DNA from: a virus
Taxonomy: Duplodnaviria > Caudoviricetes
DNA: 64,000 bases
IMG/VR virus record: IMGVR_UViG_3300044730_002040
Span: 1 to 64,000 of that record
Reading direction: 5' to 3' (one strand)
Shown: in pieces, positions 9,626 through 19,788 of the stretch
Position numbering within the stretch: the stretch's first letter is position 1
Layout: each line of letters starts with the position of its first letter
Made by a program: the position numbers and the translations under genes
Notes under the pieces: model-generated
The model's database searches: none
Told to the model about the DNA's origin: nothing
The model's input: the letters and a program-made list of their open reading frames with translations, nothing else

Positions 9626-10024
9626 ATGCGTTTATATCCGTCAACAAAAATATACTTGGACAATAGTCCAATTCATGGTAAAGGAGTTTTTGCCTCTCAG
9701 AAAATTCTCAAAGACGAAATTTTCGAGGTCACCCCTTATTTGGATTTAGAAATCCCTAAAAAAACCTCGAGCGCCATTTTGATGAACTATCGGTTCAATT
9801 GGCCTCAAGGAACATCTGATTGGGACAAACAAGTTGTGGGGATGGGATTTTCTAGTTACTACAACCATAGTAATACCCCAAACGCCAACTGGAGGTCAAA
9901 TATAGAAAACGACACCTTTGAATTTTTTGCTTCAAGAGACATAGAACAAGATGAAGAAATTTTTGTTTATTATGGTGGTGAAGAATATTGGAACGACGGG
10001 AGAACAAACGTTGAAGTTAAGTAA
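9626..10024 (+). CDS. SET-domain protein lysine methyltransferase
   Basis: SPIHGKGVFA, YNHSNTPNA and RDIEQDEEIFVYYG are canonical SET motifs. The likely start is ATG 9626; the track start overlaps the divergent gene. Confidence 0.9.
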   Translation: MRLYPSTKIYLDNSPIHGKGVFASQKILKDEIFEVTPYLDLEIPKKTSSAILMNYRFNWPQGTSDWDKQVVGMGFSSYYNHSNTPNANWRSNIENDTFEFFASRDIEQDEEIFVYYGGEEYWNDGRTNVEVK

Positions 10025-11779
10025 ATGAGTCCTGAAGTAAGTTTAGAATCCAAAGCACTAACCATACTTGAAACCTACGAAGGTGCGAACAACTACATCT
10101 TAGAGTTGAAAAGGAAATCTATTGTCAATAAAAAATTCTACCCAACAAGAAGTCAATCAGAGTATATTATTAATAACCATGAAAACCAACCCAAAGTTGC
10201 AAGAAAATGGGTAATACTTGATGCATATTTTGCACAAAAACTAGCCGACGACAAACTTTACACTGAAATACCAACTAAAATTTGGGTGGAAAAATTACTC
10301 GCCGAAAAAGAAAAAGCATTCCATATTTGGGGGAAGGTTTTTGATAGTGAAGAATTACACGATTTTTGGTTACCAAAAGCCGCTGTTATAAAAGATAACA
10401 CAGTTAAAGATGTTGTAATAGACTTTTCAAAATACTCTGTACGTCCTCCACTCACTCATCAAAAAGAAGCAATTCAAAAGTTGGTTGAAAATAAAAAATT
10501 TATTTTGGCTGACGATATGGGATTGGGTAAAACTACCTCAACAATCATCGCAGCACTTGAAACAAAGGCGAAAAAAATATTAATAATTTGTCCCGCAACT
10601 TTGAAAATAAATTGGAAAAGAGAAATAGAAAATTATTCAAACAGGTCTGTATATATTGCCGAGGGTAAAAACTTCGACCCGAATCACGACTTTGTTATTA
10701 TAAACTACGATATTATAAAAAATTTCCATGACACTAAGAAAAAAGCTGAATCGCAAATTCTTGGAGCCAATTTTGATTTGGTGGTTATTGACGAAGCACA
10801 CTATATCAAAAATGCTCAAGCACAAAGAACAAAACTAATCAATGACCTTGTAAAAAAAGTTGACAGACTTTGGTTATTAACTGGTACCCCAATGACTTCC
10901 CGACCTATCGATTATTATAACTTATTAAGTTTGGTTGATTCTCCCGTAGCTAAAAACTGGATGGCTTATGTAATTAGGTACTGTTCAGGATATCAATTTA
11001 GAGTTGGACCGAGAAAAGTATGGAACGTAATGGGGTCGTCAAACTTAGAAGAACTTAGAGACAGAACATCAAATACCATACTCCGAAGACTTAAGGAAGA
11101 CGTATTAGATTTACCTGATAAAATAATAACACCCGTTTATCTTAGGTTGAAATCAAAAGAGTACGAGGAGGTAATGGGTGAGTATTATAATTGGTATGAA
11201 AAAAATCCTGAAGAATCTAAATCCTTAACAGTACAATTTACTAAACTGACAAAAGTTAGACAAATTGTAGCAAATGAAAAAATTACTCAAACAATAGAAC
11301 TCGCTGAGAATATTTTAGAACAAGGAAAAAAAGTAATCATATTTTGTAACTTTACAGACTCACTCAATAAAATTACCGAACACTTCGGAAAATCTGCAGT
11401 AAAACTTGACGGTTCGATGTCAAAAGCAGAAAGACAATTTGCTGTGGACCAATTTCAAGAAAACGAAAAAATAACAGTTTTTGTTGGGAATATAAAAGCC
11501 GCTGGTGTGGGTATAACCTTAACTTCTGCTGAAGCGGTTATAATGAACGACCTTTCATTTCTACCTTCAGACCACTCTCAAGCAGAAGATAGAGCATATA
11601 GATATGGTCAGAAAAATAATGTCTTGGTATATTATCCAATATTTGAAAACACAATTGAAGGAATAATTTATGACATTCTAAATCAAAAGAAAAATGTCAT
11701 TGCAACTGTCATGGGAGACGTACAAAACTCCGCTGATTTCGTTGAAGAAATAATGAACCGAATTAACGAAATGAGATAA
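10025..11779 (+). CDS. SNF2-family (HARP/SMARCAL1-like) helicase/ATPase
   Basis: LADDMGLGKT, DEAH, LTGTP, RRLKEDVL, AAGVGITL, QAEDRAYRYGQ. Confidence 0.93.
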   Translation: MSPEVSLESKALTILETYEGANNYILELKRKSIVNKKFYPTRSQSEYIINNHENQPKVARKWVILDAYFAQKLADDKLYTEIPTKIWVEKLLAEKEKAFHIWGKVFDSEELHDFWLPKAAVIKDNTVKDVVIDFSKYSVRPPLTHQKEAIQKLVENKKFILADDMGLGKTTSTIIAALETKAKKILIICPATLKINWKREIENYSNRSVYIAEGKNFDPNHDFVIINYDIIKNFHDTKKKAESQILGANFDLVVIDEAHYIKNAQAQRTKLINDLVKKVDRLWLLTGTPMTSRPIDYYNLLSLVDSPVAKNWMAYVIRYCSGYQFRVGPRKVWNVMGSSNLEELRDRTSNTILRRLKEDVLDLPDKIITPVYLRLKSKEYEEVMGEYYNWYEKNPEESKSLTVQFTKLTKVRQIVANEKITQTIELAENILEQGKKVIIFCNFTDSLNKITEHFGKSAVKLDGSMSKAERQFAVDQFQENEKITVFVGNIKAAGVGITLTSAEAVIMNDLSFLPSDHSQAEDRAYRYGQKNNVLVYYPIFENTIEGIIYDILNQKKNVIATVMGDVQNSADFVEEIMNRINEMR

Positions 11780-11824
11780 TAACAGAAAGCGTGTTATTTA
11801 TATAACAAACGCCTTTCATTAGAT

Positions 11825-13357
11825 ATGAAGAAAATAGAACAACAAATTCAAAATCTTGAGTATCAGATTTTGGAGAACAAAGTGAACGAAGAAAAAAATT
11901 TACTTCTCACTGAAATGAAAAAAATTGGAATAGAAAAATTACCTTATTCTTACTCAGCACTAAAAACGTTCATTGACCCTGAAACCATGGAGTTTCATTA
12001 TAACAAACATTATAAGGGTTATGTAGATAAATTGAACGACGCATTAGCAAAGAAAAATTATGGTGATTTGGAACTTGAAAAAATTATTAAAAACATTTCA
12101 AGATACGATAAAACAATCAGAAACAACGCAGGTGGAGCTTTCAACCACGCACTTTTTTGGAACATGCTCACACCCAAACCAAAAAAACTAACTGGAGACC
12201 TTTATAAAAAAATTACAAAAGAATATGGGACTTTTACAAATTTCAAAAAGAAGTTTGAGACAATAGCTAAAGATAGATTTGGTTCAGGTTGGGTATGGTT
12301 AATTATAACAAAGAACGGGAGTTTGAAAATTATGTCAACCCCTAATCAAGACAATCCACTTATGAATGTGGTTGAAGGTGGTGGTTTTCCTCTGTTAGGA
12401 TTAGATTTATGGGAACACGCTTACTATCTCAAATACAGAAACAAAAGAGATGAATATATCACAAACTTTTGGAAAGTAGTCAACTGGGATTTTGTATCAA
12501 AACTTTTTGATATGAAAACCAAAACAAAACTAATTGAATCTAAATTAAATAAGGAACTATTGATTGAAAATACTGATTCATCATACATTCAGGCGTGTAC
12601 TTTGGAAGATGATAAATTCTTTCAACAACTTTTAAAAACTGACGAAATTAGTAAAATTTACGGTGGGGGGATTTATACCGCACTAAAAAAAGTACCTTGG
12701 TTAGAATACAGACCCAAAGACCTTGAAATCAACAGAATGCAAGGGTTTTACAAAGATGGTCAAAGACACGATATAAGTTATTTAGCAGGTAATCATAGAG
12801 CCTTTTGTATGATTACAAAAAGTGTAAACGCGATACTAAAAAAAGTCGGAAGACCAAAGATTATATTAAAGGGAAAAACATTACCTGAACAAATTGTAGG
12901 TGTAAGAAAACTAGTACATATTTTGATTGAAGCTGCGGAAAAAATATTCAACGAAGAATCTGCATTTTACAAAGCAATCATGTCAAACTTAGGCGAAAGT
13001 AGAATTAAAGGAGAGAAAGTAGAAACTTGGTCTAGTAAAAGATTGAAAAAAGAATTTGGATTAGAAAACGTAAAAATTAAAAGTGAGTTCGGTGCACAAT
13101 CAGATTCAGAAGGACTTGATGGTGAAATTACAATTGATGGAAATGTGATGACCGCGCAAATAAAACCATTCTCAACTTATTTTACCGAAGAAGGAAAAGT
13201 TGTGGTTCTTACTCCAAGCAGTGTAAAAAAATACAATGTAGACTTTATGATTTTCAGTAATTCTTTCGAAACGATTGTTTTCAAAAATCAAAATGTTGAA
13301 TTGGGTATCAACGCATACAAGTTCCCTCCCGATGATTTGATTTATACACTAAGATGA
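11825..13357 (+). CDS. sod: Fe/Mn superoxide dismutase fused to an uncharacterised C-terminal domain
   Basis: LPYSYSAL, HYNKHYKGYV, NAGGAFNHALFW, FGSGWVWL, NQDNP and DLWEHAYY carry all metal ligands; about 280 extra C-terminal residues. Confidence 0.9.
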   Translation: MKKIEQQIQNLEYQILENKVNEEKNLLLTEMKKIGIEKLPYSYSALKTFIDPETMEFHYNKHYKGYVDKLNDALAKKNYGDLELEKIIKNISRYDKTIRNNAGGAFNHALFWNMLTPKPKKLTGDLYKKITKEYGTFTNFKKKFETIAKDRFGSGWVWLIITKNGSLKIMSTPNQDNPLMNVVEGGGFPLLGLDLWEHAYYLKYRNKRDEYITNFWKVVNWDFVSKLFDMKTKTKLIESKLNKELLIENTDSSYIQACTLEDDKFFQQLLKTDEISKIYGGGIYTALKKVPWLEYRPKDLEINRMQGFYKDGQRHDISYLAGNHRAFCMITKSVNAILKKVGRPKIILKGKTLPEQIVGVRKLVHILIEAAEKIFNEESAFYKAIMSNLGESRIKGEKVETWSSKRLKKEFGLENVKIKSEFGAQSDSEGLDGEITIDGNVMTAQIKPFSTYFTEEGKVVVLTPSSVKKYNVDFMIFSNSFETIVFKNQNVELGINAYKFPPDDLIYTLR

Positions 13358-13379
13358 TATTTATATGTAAATCATTCTA

Positions 13380-14507
13380 ATGGCCGTTATTCCAGAACCA
13401 GAAAGAAGTAGAATTTATAATCGACTAAGAAATCAATTGGGTGCACCCCTAAGAAGTGTAGAACTAACAGATGAGATGTTAGACTCATTGATGGAATTGT
13501 CAATCGGAGACTATGAGGAATACGTCCTACAGTGGCTCATTGATTCTCAATGGGTAAATCTCGTTAACTTGAACATGAATGAAAAATCTGTTGCAAGAGC
13601 CCTTGTTACAAGAACAATGGATTTTGAACAACAATTTTCTTACGCATATTCCAAAATTGTTGGTTTACAGACCGTGGGTCCTTGGGTTTTAAAGAAAGAT
13701 TATTTTATACTGAGTGCCAACACTCAAAACTACGAAATTCCAGCAGGCAGAGAGGTCAACGAATTATTGTGGTTTTCCAACCAACCATGGACAGCGTTCG
13801 GATTGGGCGGTGTTGGTGGATTTGGATTTGGTGGTATTGGTTTAGGTGCAAACGAAGCCGGTTATGCTCAAATGGGATATCAAGGTTCATACTTTATGAT
13901 GTCAGGTTTTGACTATCTCATAAGAATGCAAGAAGCGAATATCTTAAACAGAATCTTAGGTGGTTCATTAACTTATAGAATAACAGGTTTACCCGATGGG
14001 AAGAAAAATGTATTTCTTTATAACACTCCAGGTGGAAGATTCAATTGGAGTAACTATAGCCTGTATGTTGGAAAGGCTGTTTGGTACTGGTATTATGATG
14101 TAGGACCCGATGACAGAAATGACTGTTTGAAAGCCAACCCCGACATAATAAAACTTCCAACTGACGTCCCAATTGAATCTCTTTCTTGGGAGGACTTGAA
14201 CGTTCCGGGTCAACAATGGGTAAGAAGATGGTTTACCGCATACGCCAAAGAAACTTTATCAAGAGTAAGAGGTAAGTTTTCAGGAAATCTGAAAACACCA
14301 GACTCAGAAATAACCATGGATTATCAAAGTTTGGCAACCGAGTCTAAAGATGAAAAAAGTAAACTAATAGAAGAACTTACGGGAGCTGAAGGTTGGTTGA
14401 CAAGATTGAGACCTGAAAAGGTTATGGAAAGAGAAGCTTTAATTGCGGAAAACCTAAACAAACAAATGAAATTTAGAGCGTTTCCAAGACAAATTTATGT
14501 AATTTAA
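13380..14507 (+). CDS. Neck / head-tail adaptor protein (T4 gp13-like)
   Basis: LGAPLRSVELTDEMLD N-terminus and WVRRWFTAYAKETLSRVRGKF C-terminal motif; TATTTATA upstream. Confidence 0.75.
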   Translation: MAVIPEPERSRIYNRLRNQLGAPLRSVELTDEMLDSLMELSIGDYEEYVLQWLIDSQWVNLVNLNMNEKSVARALVTRTMDFEQQFSYAYSKIVGLQTVGPWVLKKDYFILSANTQNYEIPAGREVNELLWFSNQPWTAFGLGGVGGFGFGGIGLGANEAGYAQMGYQGSYFMMSGFDYLIRMQEANILNRILGGSLTYRITGLPDGKKNVFLYNTPGGRFNWSNYSLYVGKAVWYWYYDVGPDDRNDCLKANPDIIKLPTDVPIESLSWEDLNVPGQQWVRRWFTAYAKETLSRVRGKFSGNLKTPDSEITMDYQSLATESKDEKSKLIEELTGAEGWLTRLRPEKVMEREALIAENLNKQMKFRAFPRQIYVI

Positions 14508-14842
14508 TGGCAATTGTTAAATCCATACCATCAACAAGAATTATTAACGGTCTCAGAATTGAAACTTCCGAGGTCGCTTTGGTTTCAGAAGCTAGTTACA
14601 CAGTTCAAGGAGAGGCTTGTATTGTTGTAAGAGGTGTTCCTGATGCAGTCCTAACATTAAACTCTCGTAAAAGTGACCACGTAGTAGTTAAATCAATGAC
14701 AAAACTTTTGGTAGTTCCTGATGTAGGTTTGATTGATGAAGAATACGATGAAGTTGAGTTGGACAAACTTGCTTGTGTCGAATTCAGATTTGTTAGAAAT
14801 AATTGGTATATATTATCTTCAGACGGATTGAAACAATCCTAA
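14507..14842 (+). CDS. Hypothetical protein, possibly virion-associated
   Basis: 111-aa beta-rich ORF whose start overlaps the neck gene stop. Confidence 0.55.
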   Translation: MAIVKSIPSTRIINGLRIETSEVALVSEASYTVQGEACIVVRGVPDAVLTLNSRKSDHVVVKSMTKLLVVPDVGLIDEEYDEVELDKLACVEFRFVRNNWYILSSDGLKQS

Positions 14843-17617
14843 CTTTGTTTCCCAATCCTCCTCAGCTAATTCGTACATATAGTTTGGTTCTAAACCTCTT
14901 TTTTTCCAATATTCCAATTCTTGTTCTGTAATATCCAAAACATCTTCTTGTAACTTGTCTTGGTCTCCCTCTTCGAAAGGCATTCCATTTATAAGTTCAC
15001 ACTGAGAAGTTGTGAAAATACCTCTCTCCGCTGGGTCTGTTACAAGTAAACCATCTCGAACCTCTTGTTGAAACACAACCAACAAAGGTTCAATTCTTTT
15101 GTTGAATGTTACAATTGCTCGTGGCACATTGTATTCTCCTGTTGTATCAGGATTGTTTTCTAAAATATTAGCATCCAACATGTAACAGTTAACAATTACA
15201 CCATCAGTAATTTGTGGTGCATTTGGGTTTTGCAACTTATTAAGGTCGTTAGTATCTTTGATTTGCTTAGCAGTCATTTTCTGCACGTCACCTTGAGAAG
15301 CTTTCTTACCATTGTTTACGTACATTATAACATCACCCAAGTTAACATTCAAATTCTGTTGAATTGCAAGTTCCATATGTGCCATTCTTGACATAGAATT
15401 TCCTGCCTTGGTCTTTTGTGTTAATCTTTTCTTGTAGTCATCCAACGTGAGTTTTACTTTAGCTCTCTGAGCAATCTTTGATAATGGAATTCTTTGGTCA
15501 AAAATCTTTTGTAGGTATTCATAATAGTATTCAATGAATTCTTTACCCCTACCCTCCAAAAGATATTTTATTCCTTTATCAAGGAATTCTTCAATATATA
15601 AAGGAAGTTTTTTTGATTTGATAGAATTGCCAGTCAACTTTATCTTTCCCTTCGCATCCATAACTGCGTAATTTTTTCTGGCAAGATTTATACATGAAGG
15701 CCAAACACCATCAGTATCTAAAGCCATCTCACCTCTCATGAAAATATCATTGTATTCTGCTACGTCAGCATCAGGACCGGTGTATTCTTTACCAACCTTA
15801 ACTTTCCAGTTCAGTCCTCTACCTACATACCTATGAATATCCACATCATCAGGACTCGAAAAGTTTACCCCGTCAGTATCCATAACAAGTGGTGTGTATC
15901 CTTTACTCATAAAGAATTTAATCATCTGACGAAGGTATTGTCGACCTGTACAAGTGATTTGTTCTCCCATGTACATGTCACCCCAAGCGAATACCTGAGG
16001 GGCAGAAAGAGCCCCGAACATAGAGTTAATGAATATCTTGATTGGTAATTGTTTGTTAGAGTAGGACGCGGATTTCTGTGGGTCAGTTTTTTCAAACTCT
16101 TCAGCGAGTTGTTTATATCTAATACGAGTATCACGAAAGTACTTCAACATACCCTTCATTGCACCTGTAACATCACACTCGGGAAATACATCGTGTACAA
16201 GCTGAATAGAGGGGTATAGAGACGAGAAGTCTAACTTGAGTACATTCTTACTATACCCAACCTTAAGTAGTCGGGAAAGACCTCCTACGAAGTCTGTTTT
16301 ACTTTGTTTCTGTGGTATCGCAAGTCCGTGCTTGTAAGACCAGGCAAGCATCAACATTTTCCATAGGGTTGCGGTACCCATTGTTGAAACTCTCTCATAA
16401 GTTGTTGGAATCATTGATGCAAGTAAGAATGACGCTTGATTAAACTCTTTATCAACAGCCAAGGTCTCTTCCAAGTCATCATCCAAATATCTTTCTACAA
16501 GATTGTCACCCGTAGTTTTGATGTATATATCTTCTCTTCTTCTGCAAACATTATCGATTTCGGGGTCAATTCCTACCTTTTTATATTTTCCATTTTGTAT
16601 GTTTAACCAAAATTCTTCTTTTTCAGCGTAGAACTTTCCGATGTCTGTGTGTTCTATGTAAACACGGTCAGGGGCTTCTTTGTTGATAAATTTGGTGATG
16701 TATTTAAGACCCGCAGCCTTGATGTTCGAATTGATAGCTTGAGCTCTTCTGACCGCGTGAATAATATCAATTACGTTATATCCCCAAATGGAAGTCTGTA
16801 AGTAATCCTCAACCTCGTTTGCAAGTTTGAGAATTGATTCTTTTCTTGTATAAGAATGTTGAGGGTGTAAAGATTTGATTGATTTTCTCATGTCAATACC
16901 AAGACGTTGACCCCTTTCGAATATCCAATGCCAGTCGAAGTTTGCTGAATTATATCCACCTATGATGGAAGGCTTTATTTGGTCAATGATATTGAAGAAC
17001 TCAATGATTGCACCCTTTTCTTGGGATTCATCGAGACACTCAATTACTTTATGGTAACCTTTATTGGTTTTTATTCCAATCATGAAAATACGACCATCTT
17101 TAGGGTCAAGAGCATTGGTCTCTAAGTCGAATACAAGTCTTGTAACTTGGTCGTAGTCATCAAAACCTTTGAACAATCTTTTTTCTTTTGCTATTAGATA
17201 TTGCTCAACAGGAGGGAGAACCATTATTTTATCTTTCGCTTTCTCACCCCACGGGTCCAAGTTTCCATCACGAAAAAATTGAATTAATTCTCTATATCCT
17301 TTAAGAGACTTCACCATGAATGTAAGACCCTTTTCAAGTCTTTCATCTCCTTTGGTTTCGAGTTTGTCGATGACTATTCCGTATTTGGTCATGGCTTCTT
17401 TTTGTGCCATTTTGGAATCATTGTAAAAACCAAGACCTCTTAGGTCACCAACCCACGCGAATGGAATAAACTGGTCTTTTCTAATGTCTTTACCTTTACC
17501 TGGTATTTCTTTGACTTTGTAGATTGAGTTAGAAACGTAGTCAAACTCTATTGCGACTATAAATTCTTCAGGGTCGTTCCCTTGAAGAAACTCTTCAATT
17601 TCTTTATTCGAAATCAT
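14819..17617 (-). CDS. polB: Family B DNA polymerase
   Basis: Exo I FDLET, Exo II YNSANFD, Pol A DFSSLYPS, Pol B KIFINSMFG, Pol C DTDG, KNYA. The likely start is ATG 17617 (MISNKE), since the track's GTG start sits inside a hairpin. Confidence 0.96.
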   Translation of the reverse strand: MISNKEIEEFLQGNDPEEFIVAIEFDYVSNSIYKVKEIPGKGKDIRKDQFIPFAWVGDLRGLGFYNDSKMAQKEAMTKYGIVIDKLETKGDERLEKGLTFMVKSLKGYRELIQFFRDGNLDPWGEKAKDKIMVLPPVEQYLIAKEKRLFKGFDDYDQVTRLVFDLETNALDPKDGRIFMIGIKTNKGYHKVIECLDESQEKGAIIEFFNIIDQIKPSIIGGYNSANFDWHWIFERGQRLGIDMRKSIKSLHPQHSYTRKESILKLANEVEDYLQTSIWGYNVIDIIHAVRRAQAINSNIKAAGLKYITKFINKEAPDRVYIEHTDIGKFYAEKEEFWLNIQNGKYKKVGIDPEIDNVCRRREDIYIKTTGDNLVERYLDDDLEETLAVDKEFNQASFLLASMIPTTYERVSTMGTATLWKMLMLAWSYKHGLAIPQKQSKTDFVGGLSRLLKVGYSKNVLKLDFSSLYPSIQLVHDVFPECDVTGAMKGMLKYFRDTRIRYKQLAEEFEKTDPQKSASYSNKQLPIKIFINSMFGALSAPQVFAWGDMYMGEQITCTGRQYLRQMIKFFMSKGYTPLVMDTDGVNFSSPDDVDIHRYVGRGLNWKVKVGKEYTGPDADVAEYNDIFMRGEMALDTDGVWPSCINLARKNYAVMDAKGKIKLTGNSIKSKKLPLYIEEFLDKGIKYLLEGRGKEFIEYYYEYLQKIFDQRIPLSKIAQRAKVKLTLDDYKKRLTQKTKAGNSMSRMAHMELAIQQNLNVNLGDVIMYVNNGKKASQGDVQKMTAKQIKDTNDLNKLQNPNAPQITDGVIVNCYMLDANILENNPDTTGEYNVPRAIVTFNKRIEPLLVVFQQEVRDGLLVTDPAERGIFTTSQCELINGMPFEEGDQDKLQEDVLDITEQELEYWKKRGLEPNYMYELAEEDWETKLGLFQSV

Positions 17618-17624
17618 AAAATTT

Positions 17625-17673
17625 ACGAGTGGTTTATTGGCTTTCACACTATCGTGAAGTTTACCTTACTCAT
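17625..17673 (-). promoter_or_regulatory. Structured 5' leader (multi-stem hairpin) of the DNA polymerase gene
   Basis: Minus strand ATGAGT..GGT..TTCAC-GATAGT-GTGAA..ACC-ACTCGT forms nested pairings ending about 8 nt before the ATG. Confidence 0.45.
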
Positions 17674-17711
17674 TACCCATAAATATAAAAAAAAATTCCC
17701 TTATATCAAAT

Positions 17712-18092
17712 TTAACAACAAGGGGACTCTGCAATGAAGCTGTCTTCGATATTAATGTAAAGTTGTTCTCTAAGAGGTAAAATGAGATTACCTTCTTCAT
17801 TCTTAATTAAAAATTGGCCTTGATACCTACCCGGTGTGTCTGTATCCATTGAAGTAAATTGGAAATAAATATAATATTCTACACCCGCACCTGGTTCAGG
17901 TAATATCAATGAAGTAATATAACAAGGAGCAGACACGATTTTTGGAACCCCCGTATAATAATCTATCATTGTAAAATAGATGGTGGAAAATGGGAGAGAT
18001 TCCATGAACTCCAAATAACTTGACCTACCATCTTGAACTACTTGCATTTTCAACAGAGGAAGGGTGGCATTCTTTGCGATATAAAATTCCAT
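17712..18092 (-). CDS. BppU-N-like baseplate/fibre adaptor protein
   Basis: FYIAKNATLPLLKMQV...YFQFTSMDTDTPGRYQGQFLI...LILP resembles BppU N-terminal domain proteins; TATTTAT upstream. Confidence 0.5.
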   Translation of the reverse strand: MEFYIAKNATLPLLKMQVVQDGRSSYLEFMESLPFSTIYFTMIDYYTGVPKIVSAPCYITSLILPEPGAGVEYYIYFQFTSMDTDTPGRYQGQFLIKNEEGNLILPLREQLYINIEDSFIAESPCC

Positions 18093-18108
18093 AACAATAA
18101 ATATATTG

Positions 18109-19788
18109 TTATGACTCTTTACGAAGTTCTCTATTATAATGTTCGAACCTGTTATGTTCCGTGGGTGTCATCAACAAGATACCAGGTTTTAATTGACCTT
18201 TTTTGGTGAGTTGATACATGTGACTCATCCACGTTTGTTCAAAAGGATGTGCCCATGTAGTTTCTAAAAACATTTTTTGATTTCCTGTTTTTGAAACAAT
18301 TTGAGGCCAATTACAGTAGTAAATCTCACCTGTGGCATAAGGAACTCCCTTATGTGATAAAATTGAATCAAACTCAAGTTTTGGTGCATTTGGGTCCAAT
18401 CCCATTTGTGGAAGTCTTGGTTTACCAGGCCAAAACTCCTCTCTCACATTTTGAGGAACATTGTACCATGACCATTGAACACTATTGTCACCAAAAAATT
18501 CAGTGTAATTTAATTTTAAAAAATCAAAATTTTCTTTTTTAGCAATTTCTAAAGATTTTGTGTATAAGTTGTCCACTTTTCTATTGAAACCGTTTCTACA
18601 AACTTCTCCATCTTTACAATAAAAAAACATGTCATCTTCGAAGAACAAATAATAATGTAAATCAGTTTTGTCGAAGTGCTCCGCAATGAACTGTCTTCCA
18701 CCACAAATTCCTAAATTACCTTCATCAGGTATAATGTGTTCAAAATCATATTTTTCACAAAGATATTTGTATGCTTCATATGTTGAATTATCTGTAGAAT
18801 TATTCAGAAGGAATTTTTTCGTCTTGTTAAGATAATCTTTATCGTATTCCAAAAACGAATTTATCAAAGTTTCGAATTGTTTCGGACTATTAAATGTGAT
18901 TACATACAACCCAACTTTGTTGATATCAAGATTATTTTTCGATACAACACTTGTTTCATTCTTAACTTCCAAAACATCATTTTTCAAATCTTCAAAAAAC
19001 TTACCAATAAGTCCGTTATATTCAATTTTGAAATAATTTATTAAATCAGAGTGTTTGTAACACATGATACTGAAAATCGATTCTTCAGTTCCCATGTAAC
19101 CTTCTTCAAGAGTAGATTTCAACAATCCATAATAGATAGAGTTTATTGAAGGTATTGTTGATTTTGGTCCACCAAAGAACCCTCCTCTTGCAACTTTATT
19201 TACTTTGGCACCCGCAAGTTCATTTAACTTATTGTATTCAAATCCATGAATTTCTCTTTCTGCATCATAAGGAAAACAAATAAATGAAAACTTGGAAATG
19301 TATTTGGTTAGTTTATCTAATACTTTGTCATGAGTAAAATAACCAGGATGAACAGTATTTGTTAATCCACCATCAATCCAAAACATGTATTCAGAATCAA
19401 ACTTATCCATTATTTTTGCGTCATGTAAAAGAAACACTTTGGACATAACAAGGGGGTTATAATTCTCCAATCTTGCTTGTGTTGAATCTTTCAACCAGCC
19501 CGACAGGTTTTTCCAATCTTCTCTATTTCTTATTTGTTGAATTAACGGATAAAACTCATTGTCAATGAACCAAGAAAGAGGTCGTTCTATGAATTGTGTA
19601 TTTTTTTCACTTCTTCTTTGGAAAACGAATTCCCTCAAAGACGATTCGCCAAATACGATAAGATTTTCCTCCACCTTCAACAACGATTCAAATTTATCCA
19701 AATAATGTTGAAAAGGTCTTGCCCAACCCTCAGAGAGAGATGACCTTCCTATGTCCCATATTCCTGTTACAAGAGTTATATTATTCAT
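18109..19788 (-). CDS. Two-domain glycosyltransferase: HtrL/YibB(WlaTC)-like plus GT-A fold
   Basis: N-domain TLVTGIWDIGR...FWIDGG...GGFFGG...TEE; C-domain LYVITFNSP...GGRQFIAEHF...FFEDDMF. Confidence 0.7.
   Translation of the reverse strand: MNNITLVTGIWDIGRSSLSEGWARPFQHYLDKFESLLKVEENLIVFGESSLREFVFQRRSEKNTQFIERPLSWFIDNEFYPLIQQIRNREDWKNLSGWLKDSTQARLENYNPLVMSKVFLLHDAKIMDKFDSEYMFWIDGGLTNTVHPGYFTHDKVLDKLTKYISKFSFICFPYDAEREIHGFEYNKLNELAGAKVNKVARGGFFGGPKSTIPSINSIYYGLLKSTLEEGYMGTEESIFSIMCYKHSDLINYFKIEYNGLIGKFFEDLKNDVLEVKNETSVVSKNNLDINKVGLYVITFNSPKQFETLINSFLEYDKDYLNKTKKFLLNNSTDNSTYEAYKYLCEKYDFEHIIPDEGNLGICGGRQFIAEHFDKTDLHYYLFFEDDMFFYCKDGEVCRNGFNRKVDNLYTKSLEIAKKENFDFLKLNYTEFFGDNSVQWSWYNVPQNVREEFWPGKPRLPQMGLDPNAPKLEFDSILSHKGVPYATGEIYYCNWPQIVSKTGNQKMFLETTWAHPFEQTWMSHMYQLTKKGQLKPGILLMTPTEHNRFEHYNRELRKES

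Noticed and set aside
14819-17617. Intein or intron in the DNA polymerase
   Set aside because: The ORF is continuous and of ordinary size, with normal motif order and no intein splice or LAGLIDADG motifs seen.
17625-17673. c-di-GMP-I riboswitch in the polB leader (GGTAAAC... resemblance)
   Set aside because: It lacks the GNRA tetraloop/receptor and second hairpin of the consensus; kept only as a generic structured leader.
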